Shown here piece by piece: positions 37,560-47,153 of a stretch of DNA of 64,000 nt. The notes under the pieces are model-generated. The model had not been told where the DNA came from. It worked only from the letters and a program-made list of their open reading frames with translations, and did not search any database. Source of the DNA: a virus (lineage: Duplodnaviria; Caudoviricetes); IMG/VR virus record IMGVR_UViG_3300002220_000769, positions 1,859 through 65,858 of that record; one strand, given 5' to 3'. Made by a program: the position numbers and the translations under genes. Position 1 is the first letter of the stretch; each line of letters begins with the position of its first letter.

Positions 37560-37769
37560 ATGACGATCACGATCACCATCATCGATGACATTGACGCCGA
37601 CCTTTTCACGGTCAATCTCTCGGGCGATTACTGGCGCGTTATTGGCGAGCGTATTATTAATCAACCATGGAAAGTCAACTCCGACACCATGGAAGTCATT
37701 GAGTCTCGGCGTGTCATGCGACATCGCGACTTCATAAAGGTAATTAATGAGATTGCATGGCAGGATTAA
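37560..37769 (+). CDS. hypothetical early protein
   Basis: own promoter and terminator. Confidence 0.65.
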   Translation: MTITITIIDDIDADLFTVNLSGDYWRVIGERIINQPWKVNSDTMEVIESRRVMRHRDFIKVINEIAWQD

Positions 37770-38380
37770 TTGCAATTTATTCCACTATAATCCCCGAGCA
37801 ATCGGGGATTTTTTTTGCATGTTGATATGACAATAGCATAATGATGCTGGCATTGTTCCCCTATGCTATCCGCATGAATAGATTGTGTTTATAGCGATGA
37901 CTATAAGCAATGTTTATGATAAGCACAGTTTATATGGTCGCGATCTTCACCATGTTGCACCGTGTCCAATCATTTTTTCTTATGACGAAGGGTGTTGACA
38001 CTACTGGCAAGGTGTGCATCATTGGTATGGTATAGATAACTTTAATGGTGCACGGTGTTGACACTGTAGGCAAGGTGTGCATCATGACGAGCAGTATAAG
38101 CATATGCTTATGATCATAACAGGCATGCACAGTGTGAGCACCGTGTCAAATAATATTTTTAAATAGTATGGCCACGGTTGGGCATAAAATACTTTTATTA
38201 TTAAAAATTTTTATAGGGGGGTCGCGTGTACTATAAAATATTTTTATAATCAGAAACTGTGCTATAATTTTTTCTTATAATGTTACATTCTTTTCTACTC
38301 TCTTGTAAATTTCTGGTACCATACAAAAACAATGGGGGTTTACCAACAAAAGGTTCATTAACGGTGTCACACACCCTTTC

Positions 38381-38532
38381 AAAACTTTTCCATACGGTTG
38401 TAAATAATTTTTCGATTTTTTGGCGCAAAAATTTTTTTCTACCCTACATAGAAAATTCTTATAATAGAAAACTTTTCCATACGGTTGTAAATAATTTTTC
38501 GATTTTTTCCGGACCAAATTTTTTTCTACCCT
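38381..38532 (+). repeat. two 65-bp direct repeats (87-bp period)
   Basis: AAAACTTTTCCATACGGTTGTAAATAATTTTTCGATTTTTT..AAATTTTTTTCTACCCT at 38381 and 38468. Confidence 0.9.
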
Positions 38533-38586
38533 CTATATAAGAATCCCCAATCACAATAAATAGTCTTAACCGTTGAGAAAAGAACA

Positions 38587-39660
38587 ATGAGAATAAGTGA
38601 AATAGAAATTCCCGATACCATAGACGGAAAACCAACACGCAATAGTTTGGGGAAATTGATTCACCCCACCATAGAAGGAATTCGTAATTTCTGGCGTTGG
38701 TTTGGCGATTCAAAAGTGGTAGATTCACAAGGCAGACCACTGGTTGTTTATCATGGGACTCCCAAAAACATCGGAAATCCCGACCCGTCGAAAGCGGTTA
38801 GGTTGTCTGGGTTTTGGATGACGCCGGGCAGAAAGATTGCCAACGCCTACGCAGCCGCTGGTGTTCGCGATGCGATGACATACAGGGAGGGTGCAAACGT
38901 CCTGTCTCTGTATGTGAAAGTCGAGAACCCGAGGGTGTATCATCCACGACGGGAACCCATCTCAAAGGCATGGGGCGAATACACAGAAGGTGGCTTCGAT
39001 GGCTTTTTCGAGTTACAAGGGGGTGGGTTCTACTCAATTTCTGTTCCTGATGCCAAACAAATAAAGTCTGCAACTGGAAATAATGGCAACTTTTCTGTGA
39101 GTAGTAATAAGATAACCGAAATTGGTTTTGCACATGCGCTAGGAGAATTGTCTATTCCACATTCAGAAATCGTTGCAAAGTCAGTTAAAGATGGCACTAT
39201 CTTTGGAAACCCAGTTCGCGTGTTTACAAGTGGAGAAAGCAAGTTATATTTCTTTGAACACGAAAACGAAATTGCTGCGTTGGTGTTGGTGGACGGAAAT
39301 TTTGTTCGTGCAATAAAAAGTTTTAACGGTGAAAAAGGTTTGGTATTTGCATTGGTGAATTACTTGGTTAGTATAAAAAACATAAAATTGAAGATTGACG
39401 CGAGCGAGCCACTTACAGACGAAGGATTTCGTTGGCTGTTAAAAATGGTTTCCGACAATTCTGGAATAAAAGTGCGAGATACTAGTGGTGAGGTGGTTGA
39501 CCCTGCAAAGTTGAGATCGGAATGGACCCAATCAAAAAACACGATGGGAACACAATCTGGACCAACTGGATTCACTATATCCGAATCTAGTGAAGCGTGG
39601 AAAACTAAATTACAAATGAATGAAAAACGTATGATTCCATTTGTTTATTTTAACTGTTGA
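38587..39660 (+). CDS. ART-PolyVal-like domain plus GNAT-like domain
   Basis: WFGDSKVVDSQGRPLVVYHGT; QIKSATGNNGNF; ATAAATA upstream. Confidence 0.7.
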   Translation: MRISEIEIPDTIDGKPTRNSLGKLIHPTIEGIRNFWRWFGDSKVVDSQGRPLVVYHGTPKNIGNPDPSKAVRLSGFWMTPGRKIANAYAAAGVRDAMTYREGANVLSLYVKVENPRVYHPRREPISKAWGEYTEGGFDGFFELQGGGFYSISVPDAKQIKSATGNNGNFSVSSNKITEIGFAHALGELSIPHSEIVAKSVKDGTIFGNPVRVFTSGESKLYFFEHENEIAALVLVDGNFVRAIKSFNGEKGLVFALVNYLVSIKNIKLKIDASEPLTDEGFRWLLKMVSDNSGIKVRDTSGEVVDPAKLRSEWTQSKNTMGTQSGPTGFTISESSEAWKTKLQMNEKRMIPFVYFNC

Positions 39661-39670
39661 GAAAAGAACA

Positions 39671-40348
39671 ATGCGAATAAATGAAATAGAAATTCCCGAT
39701 ACCATAGACGGAAAACCGACCCGCAATAATTTGGGTCAATTGATACATCCAACTGTGGAAGGTATGAAAAACTTTTGGCGTTGGTTTGGTGATTCGAAAG
39801 TGGTGGATTCAAAGGGCAGACCATTGGTAATGTACCATGGAACTTACCCAACAAAAATGCAATCTGGAAAAATGTTAGGCGATTTTGATGCATTCAATAG
39901 AAAAGCATCTACAGAAATTGTCAAAAGAATGCCGTCGTATGATCAAGTCGGGCTTTGGTTTTCAAGTAAACCGGGTAATCCTGGCGCAGAAGGTTACGGC
40001 AATTTCATATACCCAGTTTACTTAAGAGCAATTGATTACAAACGAACTACGTTCGATGCAATGGTGAAGACTATGTATCGTCTTGCTGATGGAGAGTCTT
40101 CTGGAAAAGATTTTTCTTCTGCAATGGCAAAAGATGTTGATCCGTATCGTGAATTTTTGAGAGACAATGGATACGATTCAGTCCTGATTTTTCACGATTC
40201 TTCCCGAGAAAATTATAGCACAGAATTTAAAGACCAAACGGTTTGGATCGTACTTGAACCAGAACAAGTGAAATCCGCCGTTGGCAATAACGGAAACTTT
40301 TCACCAAATAGTCAGAAAATAACCGAAAAATCTGCGAAGATTACGTGA
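39671..40348 (+). CDS. ART-PolyVal-like protein (paralog)
   Basis: WFGDSKVVDSKGRPLVMYHGT; GLWFSS; QVKSAVGNNGNF. Confidence 0.75.
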   Translation: MRINEIEIPDTIDGKPTRNNLGQLIHPTVEGMKNFWRWFGDSKVVDSKGRPLVMYHGTYPTKMQSGKMLGDFDAFNRKASTEIVKRMPSYDQVGLWFSSKPGNPGAEGYGNFIYPVYLRAIDYKRTTFDAMVKTMYRLADGESSGKDFSSAMAKDVDPYREFLRDNGYDSVLIFHDSSRENYSTEFKDQTVWIVLEPEQVKSAVGNNGNFSPNSQKITEKSAKIT

Positions 40349-40497
40349 CCCACTGTCCAGTGGTATTAACAACAATGTTTTAAATGTTGGGGATTTTTTC
40401 CATTATTTTTGGTATTTTCTTAATGCGGAGAAAAACGTCGCGGGGCTTCGAGATCACTCGTTCGTCACTAAATAAAGGAAACGAACTGGAAATTGCA

Positions 40498-41151
40498 ATG
40501 AAAATAACAGAAATAACCAGACCATCTTCACAAAAAGAAGCAGACCGGATTCTACGACACGCTGGATATCACAGACTTGGATATGGAAGTTTTGGTGCTG
40601 TATATCAAAAGACTCCAAATCAAGTAGTCAAATTATTCACCAGTGATGACGTTGCATATCTTGCGTTTATTAAGATGGCAAAACAATCAGGAAATCCACA
40701 TTTCCCTCGTTTCTTTGGAAATCCATTGAGAATAACAGACAGTTATTACGCCGTGAAGCAAGAAATGCTTGAAGAAAATGATTTCATGACGGTTGGGTTT
40801 ATATCCTCATACATTACTGCATTGGCAGATGAATATGAGCCTAATCGCGAATTAAAGCAAAAAATAGAAGCATTTGATGAAGAATACCCAAGGTTTAAAG
40901 AAGCATGCGAATTAATTGCTCGAATGGTAAAACAAGACCAAAACATCGTCATTGATATACATAATGCCAATGTGATGTTCCGTGGAGTCACCCTAGTCTT
41001 CACCGACCCTGTTGCCACAAAATCTGCACTCACTATAGAAAAGATAAAACAACTACCAGACATACAGAACTGGTCCCAATCTGTTCGTGACAAGGGTGGT
41101 GAGCGGATAGAAGTAACAGACAAGAATGACATAATTAATCGGCATTTTTGA
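40498..41151 (+). CDS. protein kinase-like
   Basis: LGYGSFGAVY; VVKL; DIHNANVMFR; FTDP. Confidence 0.85.
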   Translation: MKITEITRPSSQKEADRILRHAGYHRLGYGSFGAVYQKTPNQVVKLFTSDDVAYLAFIKMAKQSGNPHFPRFFGNPLRITDSYYAVKQEMLEENDFMTVGFISSYITALADEYEPNRELKQKIEAFDEEYPRFKEACELIARMVKQDQNIVIDIHNANVMFRGVTLVFTDPVATKSALTIEKIKQLPDIQNWSQSVRDKGGERIEVTDKNDIINRHF

Positions 41152-41155
41152 GATC

Positions 41156-42115
41156 ATGAAAATAAAAGAAATAGTAATAGAAGATGTTTTCCATGGTAGT
41201 CCACATCGTTTTGATCCAGATCCAGAAAATCCATATGGAAAATTTTCTGTTGATAGAATCGGGACTGGGGAGGGAAACCAAGCGTATGGGTATGGGTTGT
41301 ATTTTGCATCAAGCAAAGAAGTTGCTCTATGGTATAAAGAAAAACTGTCTGACGCTCATTGGAAGTATGGAACCCGAAAAATAAGAACAGTCAGATCACT
41401 GAATGATTATGTAGCGCATTTCATGCGAAGTGGTGATAACAGTAACGAGCCATCTGCTGGATTTATACTCAACTTCGTCAAAAATACAAGAAAAGTAACA
41501 AACTCCCACAAAAATTCAGCATTGCGCTTTATTGATTCCACAATCGACAAAATAGAAGCCCGAAAAGAGTCTTATACCGTGAGTGGGGCATTGCGCGATA
41601 AGTTCATAGCACAAGACGATCAACTTATTTCTCATTACAAAACATTCAGAGATTTTGTTGCAAAAGAAATTGATCCAAAGAAGTTCAAATGGACTGGTGG
41701 ATATCTTTACCACGTCGATATTCCGGAAGATAACGAATACTTGCGTTGGGAAGTAAAGTTGATGAATAATCCACAACACATCCAAGACTTGCTTGCAAAC
41801 AACGAACACTTACTGAGATACGTGGAAGAACTTGAAAACAAAAGAAAAGAAATGAATGCTCGTTATCCAGATAGATTGGCACATCCCGTAATTGGAAAAA
41901 TTGCAAACACAGAAAAAACTGTGCATGATTTACACGGTAAAGACATCTACGAAACACTTTCAAAAAATTTGGGTGGTGACAAAAAAGCGAGCGATTATCT
42001 AAGATCAATCGGAGTAATGGGAATAAAATACATGGGCGACAAGTCATACAACTACGTTGTGTTCGATGATTCCAGAATAAGCATAAAAAAGGTAGAAGAG
42101 AATGAAACTGAATGA
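41156..42115 (+). CDS. polyvalent-protein-associated ART-like domain protein
   Basis: FHGSPH..IGTGEGNQAYGYGLYFA; YVVFDD. Confidence 0.65.
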   Translation: MKIKEIVIEDVFHGSPHRFDPDPENPYGKFSVDRIGTGEGNQAYGYGLYFASSKEVALWYKEKLSDAHWKYGTRKIRTVRSLNDYVAHFMRSGDNSNEPSAGFILNFVKNTRKVTNSHKNSALRFIDSTIDKIEARKESYTVSGALRDKFIAQDDQLISHYKTFRDFVAKEIDPKKFKWTGGYLYHVDIPEDNEYLRWEVKLMNNPQHIQDLLANNEHLLRYVEELENKRKEMNARYPDRLAHPVIGKIANTEKTVHDLHGKDIYETLSKNLGGDKKASDYLRSIGVMGIKYMGDKSYNYVVFDDSRISIKKVEENETE

Positions 42116-43235
42116 CCTTTACCCACTCACAGAAGCAACAAGCACCAATGTCAAGATTCTCCGAGAATTGACCAGAATGATTTTGAATAAAGTTCCAAGA
42201 TCACTGGAAAGAATTTCTCCAAATGAAGAACCTTATTCATTCTACGGTTCAGAGTTGGATTTGTCAAAACTGAAAGAAGACCATGTTGATCTTCTTGCCT
42301 TTTTCTTGCATTTCGAAAAAACAAAAATTATTTTCAATACATATTCAACATACAAAGATTATTTGGGAGTTTATGACTCAGACAAGAACGAGATGGAAAT
42401 TGCTGTAGACAACATTTATCGGAATAATGGATTTTATGACAACTTTGTGTTGGACAAAAAATCTACAAATGAGGGTGGAATTGTTGTCACCATCTATCAT
42501 GAACTGCGACATATAATGCAGCATAAAGACTACTCTAAATATTTTTCATCTGAGTCTGCACGACAAAGACCATATTCAGAACGAGAAATTGAAATAGACG
42601 CAGTATGGAACTCTTTGGTCGCTGCTTGGCATCCAGAGTTTGATGTCTCAAGCGGGGATAGGAAAAAATCACCGATGCCTTTTGTTAACAAAGTAATGGA
42701 TTCACTATCAAAGATAAAGTCATTATCACCAAAGCAACAAGAACATTATCGCAAGAAAACAATAAAGTTCTATTTCAACCCGCATCCAGACAAACCAGTG
42801 TCTAACTCAAAAGATGAAAGAATAGCGAGTTTGATTTCAACCAAAATAAAGAACGATACGATGAATGGAGTGAATAGCAGTGGTAGCATGGGGTTTGATA
42901 TGCGGACAGTGATGCCAGATTATGACGTAGAAAAATATGGAAGATTTCTATTCCCCGTAGACAAGACCAGAGCAATATTCAAAATGATGGATGGCGAAAA
43001 AACTGAGAACGCACTGATGAATAACATGCTGTATCTTGTTCCAGCATTCTACATCGATGATAAAACTGCAAAGTTGTGGAAATCCCATGTGAATAACATG
43101 CATGGATATAGTATCGCAGATGTTATAAGAAATTTGCATGTTGGACTTCCTAAAGATTTTTTTGATTTGTCTGCAATAAAAAACTTTTTAAGAAAAAAAT
43201 ACGGAGTTCCTGTTTACGGAAAAACCAAAAAATGA
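42102..43235 (+). CDS. zincin-like metallopeptidase
   Basis: YHELRHIMQH (HExxH) with downstream EIDA. Confidence 0.7.
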   Translation: MKLNDLYPLTEATSTNVKILRELTRMILNKVPRSLERISPNEEPYSFYGSELDLSKLKEDHVDLLAFFLHFEKTKIIFNTYSTYKDYLGVYDSDKNEMEIAVDNIYRNNGFYDNFVLDKKSTNEGGIVVTIYHELRHIMQHKDYSKYFSSESARQRPYSEREIEIDAVWNSLVAAWHPEFDVSSGDRKKSPMPFVNKVMDSLSKIKSLSPKQQEHYRKKTIKFYFNPHPDKPVSNSKDERIASLISTKIKNDTMNGVNSSGSMGFDMRTVMPDYDVEKYGRFLFPVDKTRAIFKMMDGEKTENALMNNMLYLVPAFYIDDKTAKLWKSHVNNMHGYSIADVIRNLHVGLPKDFFDLSAIKNFLRKKYGVPVYGKTKK

Positions 43236-45076
43236 AAATAAAAGAAATAATACTCAACTTATTTGAAGCACGGATGAGTCCTGCTGTGTTTGCCAAATTT
43301 GTCAGATCACCATCAGCAAATTCCACTTTCATTGGGGTTGAATTTGAACTATACTTTAAAGGCATACTACAAAACAACCAAACAAAACACTGGGACGACC
43401 GAGTGGTAGATCAGTTGGCAGTCACATTCACAAAAGAGACTGGAATACCTGCCAAACGAGGCGCAAGCAACGAACAGATCGGGGTAGGAAGTACACACTG
43501 GATATTCACCGAAGACGGCAGTGTTACCAGAAAGGGAAATCCAGATGACATGGGCATGGAAATAAAAACTCCAGCAGTGCCACTACCGCAATTCATGAAG
43601 CAATTTAATACATTTATCCAGTGGTTGCGGCACCACAACGCTTACACAAATGAAAGAACTGGTCTGCATTTGAACATGTCTGTTCAAGGAAAAGACATTG
43701 ACTACTTGAAATTGGTGTTGTTTTCTGGCTCAGACAAAGTGAGTGCCGACTTTGAAAGAACAGCGAGCGAGTTTGCAGAATCAAATTTAAAAAAATTAGA
43801 CTTGGAATATGTAAGCAAGCCGTCCATTTATAACAAAATAAAACAGAATCTACTTCAAGCAGCAGCAGCAGAAATCGAAAACAAAAGCCAAGACAAATAC
43901 TTCCAAGTAAATACACACTCAGATTACGTCGAGTTTCGTGCACCTGGTAATGATTGGTTAGGAAGATTTTACCCACTTGTCGAAAATACGATTTACCGCT
44001 ATGTGTACGCCTTATCAATTGCAACCGACCCCGAATCAGAAAAACGAGAATATGCCAAGAAATTGATGAAATTATTTGGAGGAGCAGAAGAATATTCAAA
44101 TGAATTGATGGTTGCGATTAGTGACAAACCAATACTGATTACCAAAATAAAAAACCCAAGCGAAAAAGTCCAACTTGCTGCTGTTCAACAAAATGGACAT
44201 GCCATTAAATATATTGAAAACCCAACGGAGCAAGTCCAAATTGCTGCTGTCACACATTATGGATATGCAATTGAATATATTGAAAACCCAAGCGAACAAG
44301 TCCAACTTGCTGCTGTTCAACAAAATGGACATGCCATTGACTATATTGAAAACCCAACGGAGCAAGTCCAACTTGCTGCTATTAACCAAAATGGTTATGC
44401 CATTAAATATATTGAAAACCCAACGGAGCAAGTCCAACTTGCTGCTGTCACGCAAAATGGCGAGGTAATTCAGCACATAAAAACACCAAGTGAACAAGTC
44501 CAACTTGCTGCTGTTCAAAAATATGCAAATGCAGTCAAATATATTGAAAACCCAAGTGAACAAGTCCAACTTGCTGCTGTTCAAAAATATGGTTATGCAA
44601 TTAAATATATTAAAAACCCAAGCGAACAAGTCCAACTTGCTGCTGTCGAGCAAGATGGCGATGCAATTGAATATATTGAAACACCAAGTGAACAAGTCCA
44701 ACTTGCTGCTGTTCAAAAATATGCAAATGCAGTCAAATATATTGAAAACCCAAGTGAACAAGTCCAACTTGCCGCTGTTCAACAAAATGGACATGCCATT
44801 AGATATATTAAAAACCCAAGCGAACAAGTCCAACTTGCTGCTGTTCAACAAAATGTAAATGCAATCCTACACATTGAAACCCCATCCGAGAAAGTCCAAC
44901 TTGCTGCTGTCACGCAAAATGGCGAGGTAATTCAGCACATAAAAACACCAAGTGAACAAGTCCAACTTGCCGCTGTTAAGCAAAATCCAGGAGTATATAT
45001 ATTGATGAACCGCAGAAAAATGGATATAGCCTCATCAGTGCATGAATACATGAGAAATATTGAGAGTCAGAGATGA
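43232..45076 (+). CDS. putative amidoligase with 13 C-terminal 22-aa repeats
   Basis: IGVEFE; TEDGSV; MEIKTP; RTGLHLNMS; VEFRAPG; PSEQVQLAAVxxxGxAIxYIEN x13. Confidence 0.8.
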   Translation: MKIKEIILNLFEARMSPAVFAKFVRSPSANSTFIGVEFELYFKGILQNNQTKHWDDRVVDQLAVTFTKETGIPAKRGASNEQIGVGSTHWIFTEDGSVTRKGNPDDMGMEIKTPAVPLPQFMKQFNTFIQWLRHHNAYTNERTGLHLNMSVQGKDIDYLKLVLFSGSDKVSADFERTASEFAESNLKKLDLEYVSKPSIYNKIKQNLLQAAAAEIENKSQDKYFQVNTHSDYVEFRAPGNDWLGRFYPLVENTIYRYVYALSIATDPESEKREYAKKLMKLFGGAEEYSNELMVAISDKPILITKIKNPSEKVQLAAVQQNGHAIKYIENPTEQVQIAAVTHYGYAIEYIENPSEQVQLAAVQQNGHAIDYIENPTEQVQLAAINQNGYAIKYIENPTEQVQLAAVTQNGEVIQHIKTPSEQVQLAAVQKYANAVKYIENPSEQVQLAAVQKYGYAIKYIKNPSEQVQLAAVEQDGDAIEYIETPSEQVQLAAVQKYANAVKYIENPSEQVQLAAVQQNGHAIRYIKNPSEQVQLAAVQQNVNAILHIETPSEKVQLAAVTQNGEVIQHIKTPSEQVQLAAVKQNPGVYILMNRRKMDIASSVHEYMRNIESQR

Positions 45077-45669
45077 AAATAACAGAAATAACTAGACCTC
45101 GCTCAATTGCAGATGCAGATCGTATTCTGAAGCAACATGGATACAAAAGACTTGGAGTTGGAAGTTTTGGCGTAGCATATCAAAAACGACCAGATCAAGT
45201 GTTGAAGCTTTTTTCCAGCGCAGACACTGCGTATCTAAAGTTTATACACGTTTCAAAAACTGCAAATAATCCACATTTCCCAAAAATATTTGGCAATCCT
45301 ATCAGGATAAACGAAACTTATTATGGAATCAAAACAGAAATGCTGGAGACAATAGATTTGACAGTTGCATACAATGTTTCGTCTTCCATCCGAAAATATA
45401 TCTTCAACATGCAGCGTGGTAAACAACCAACTCCAGAAACAGATCTATACAAAGAAATTGCCCCGTATGTTAAAAACTATGAGGAATTTGACCGTGCGTG
45501 CAAAATATTGGTAGAGTTGATCAACTCCGACAAAGATATCACACTTGATGTTGCTACAAGAAATATCATGTTTAGAAACGGAACTGTTGTATTCTCTGAT
45601 CCAGTGGCGTCACAAACTGCAATGTCGGCAGATGAACTTCACTTGCCAGAATCAAAACAAGAGCAGTGA
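45073..45669 (+). CDS. protein kinase-like (paralog of 40498)
   Basis: LGVGSFGVAY; DVATRNIMFR; FSDP. Confidence 0.8.
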   Translation: MKITEITRPRSIADADRILKQHGYKRLGVGSFGVAYQKRPDQVLKLFSSADTAYLKFIHVSKTANNPHFPKIFGNPIRINETYYGIKTEMLETIDLTVAYNVSSSIRKYIFNMQRGKQPTPETDLYKEIAPYVKNYEEFDRACKILVELINSDKDITLDVATRNIMFRNGTVVFSDPVASQTAMSADELHLPESKQEQ

Positions 45670-45714
45670 AGAACGCAGCGTCTAAAGAACACTGTGTTTT
45701 ACGCGGCAGTTGAT
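45666..45714 (-). mobile_element. 49-bp miniature IS200/IS605 derivative
   Basis: GTGAAGAACGCAGCGTCTAAAGAACACTGTGTTTTACGCGGCAGTTGAT|ATAAA. Confidence 0.88.
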
Positions 45715-45746
45715 ATAAATACAATCAACATTCCGGAAAATTAAAA

Positions 45747-47093
45747 GTGAAACTAACAGAAGTTGCAGCGGAGTATTCTAATCCGTATTACCCAGAAGAA
45801 GACATTGGTTTATTAACTCTTGGCGAATTCTTATATTCGAGGAATCCACTGGGAAAATCACACACATCTGATGTTTATGATACGACCATTGAGTCACTGA
45901 ACCGATCTTGGCCTACTATGACAAAAGATATATCTTATGTATCAAGGTCTTATGACAAATTGTATCTCACTCAATATGAGAACGGAAGCACAATTATAAG
46001 CACTGAATCTTCTGGAAGAAGCGGATCAAAACTGGATGAACACACAGTTCTTGCTGTTATTATAGATGACACAGCATACTATACAGTCCATTTTTCTAAG
46101 TCATTGCTTCCATTACATTTCACCGATTACAATGGAAATAAACTTGACATTGTTCCGACGAAGTTCGTAAAAGTGAAATATATCACAGAGTATCTTGACC
46201 GAGTGAAATTGGATTCATCAAAAAACATTAAAAACTATCCTTACATAATTCGAAGAATGATGATTGCAGATGAGGCACTTACGATAAGAACTGACTCAAA
46301 AGATTATCCAAAAGATTCTGGACATGCAATTGTTATAACGAATGAACGAAAACAGGTTGTTGCAACAGCAACGGATGAATGGGGAGCAACGTTGCTCCGA
46401 GTAGCAAAAGAATATCGTGGAAAAAATTTGGGAAGAATACTTGGTGACATTTGGTATTCAAAGAATCCTGGTTATACCTCTGGTGGATTTTCCCCACAAG
46501 GGAAACATAATGCAAAAAAGATTTGGTCTGAGCGAGTTAGGACAATGTTGCAAAATGGATGGTATTCTGACTTGGTTAGGAGCAAAAGAATTTCTCCAGA
46601 AAAAGTAAAAACAATTTTGTCTTCACTGTTGCCTAGAGAAAGAACTCCAGTTGCACAACCAAAATCTGCACAAGAACCACTGTTGTATACAGATGGAAGT
46701 TCAGTGTTTGTTTTATATGACAAAAAGTTCTATGAAGATCAAGATGACAAATACATTTATGCTTTTGGTTTAATTCGTGACTTTGGTGGAAAAGTATTCG
46801 CTTATACCTTGGATTACGATTCTGCATACCGCAGATTGGCGACGTATATCTTAATTGAAACTGTTCAACTGCACAGTGATAAATTATATGTTGCAGATAA
46901 ACCAAGTGATCATATAGATTTGTCTGGAATATCAGATGTTGTTGTGGATAACGAGGGGTATGCGACTCTGGAATCACCAAAAGTCAATGTGATGGCACAT
47001 GCTTCTCAAGAAAAAAGATACAGAATTCCTCGTGATAAGCATGGAGAAATTCTACAGGTATTGCTTGAACAAGCACATTCGAAATGGATGTGA
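45747..47093 (+). CDS. hypothetical protein with a GNAT-like segment
   Basis: LRVAKEYRGKNLGRIL; GGFSPQG; leader MKLTEV. Confidence 0.6.
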   Translation: MKLTEVAAEYSNPYYPEEDIGLLTLGEFLYSRNPLGKSHTSDVYDTTIESLNRSWPTMTKDISYVSRSYDKLYLTQYENGSTIISTESSGRSGSKLDEHTVLAVIIDDTAYYTVHFSKSLLPLHFTDYNGNKLDIVPTKFVKVKYITEYLDRVKLDSSKNIKNYPYIIRRMMIADEALTIRTDSKDYPKDSGHAIVITNERKQVVATATDEWGATLLRVAKEYRGKNLGRILGDIWYSKNPGYTSGGFSPQGKHNAKKIWSERVRTMLQNGWYSDLVRSKRISPEKVKTILSSLLPRERTPVAQPKSAQEPLLYTDGSSVFVLYDKKFYEDQDDKYIYAFGLIRDFGGKVFAYTLDYDSAYRRLATYILIETVQLHSDKLYVADKPSDHIDLSGISDVVVDNEGYATLESPKVNVMAHASQEKRYRIPRDKHGEILQVLLEQAHSKWM

Positions 47094-47153
47094 GTCATTA
47101 TGAAGAACGCATGCGTTCTTCATAAATACATTGATTATGACGAATATGAAAAA

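Noticed and set aside
17508-44851. Long antisense ORFs (17508-18290, 24277-24783, 28366-28848, 34666-35124, 36493-37296, 44096-44851)
   Set aside because: They mirror well-supported sense genes or repeats and lack an RBS or motifs.
44150-45000. Diversity-generating retroelement variable repeats
   Set aside because: Many adenines are invariant, non-A positions vary, and no reverse transcriptase or template repeat is in the window.
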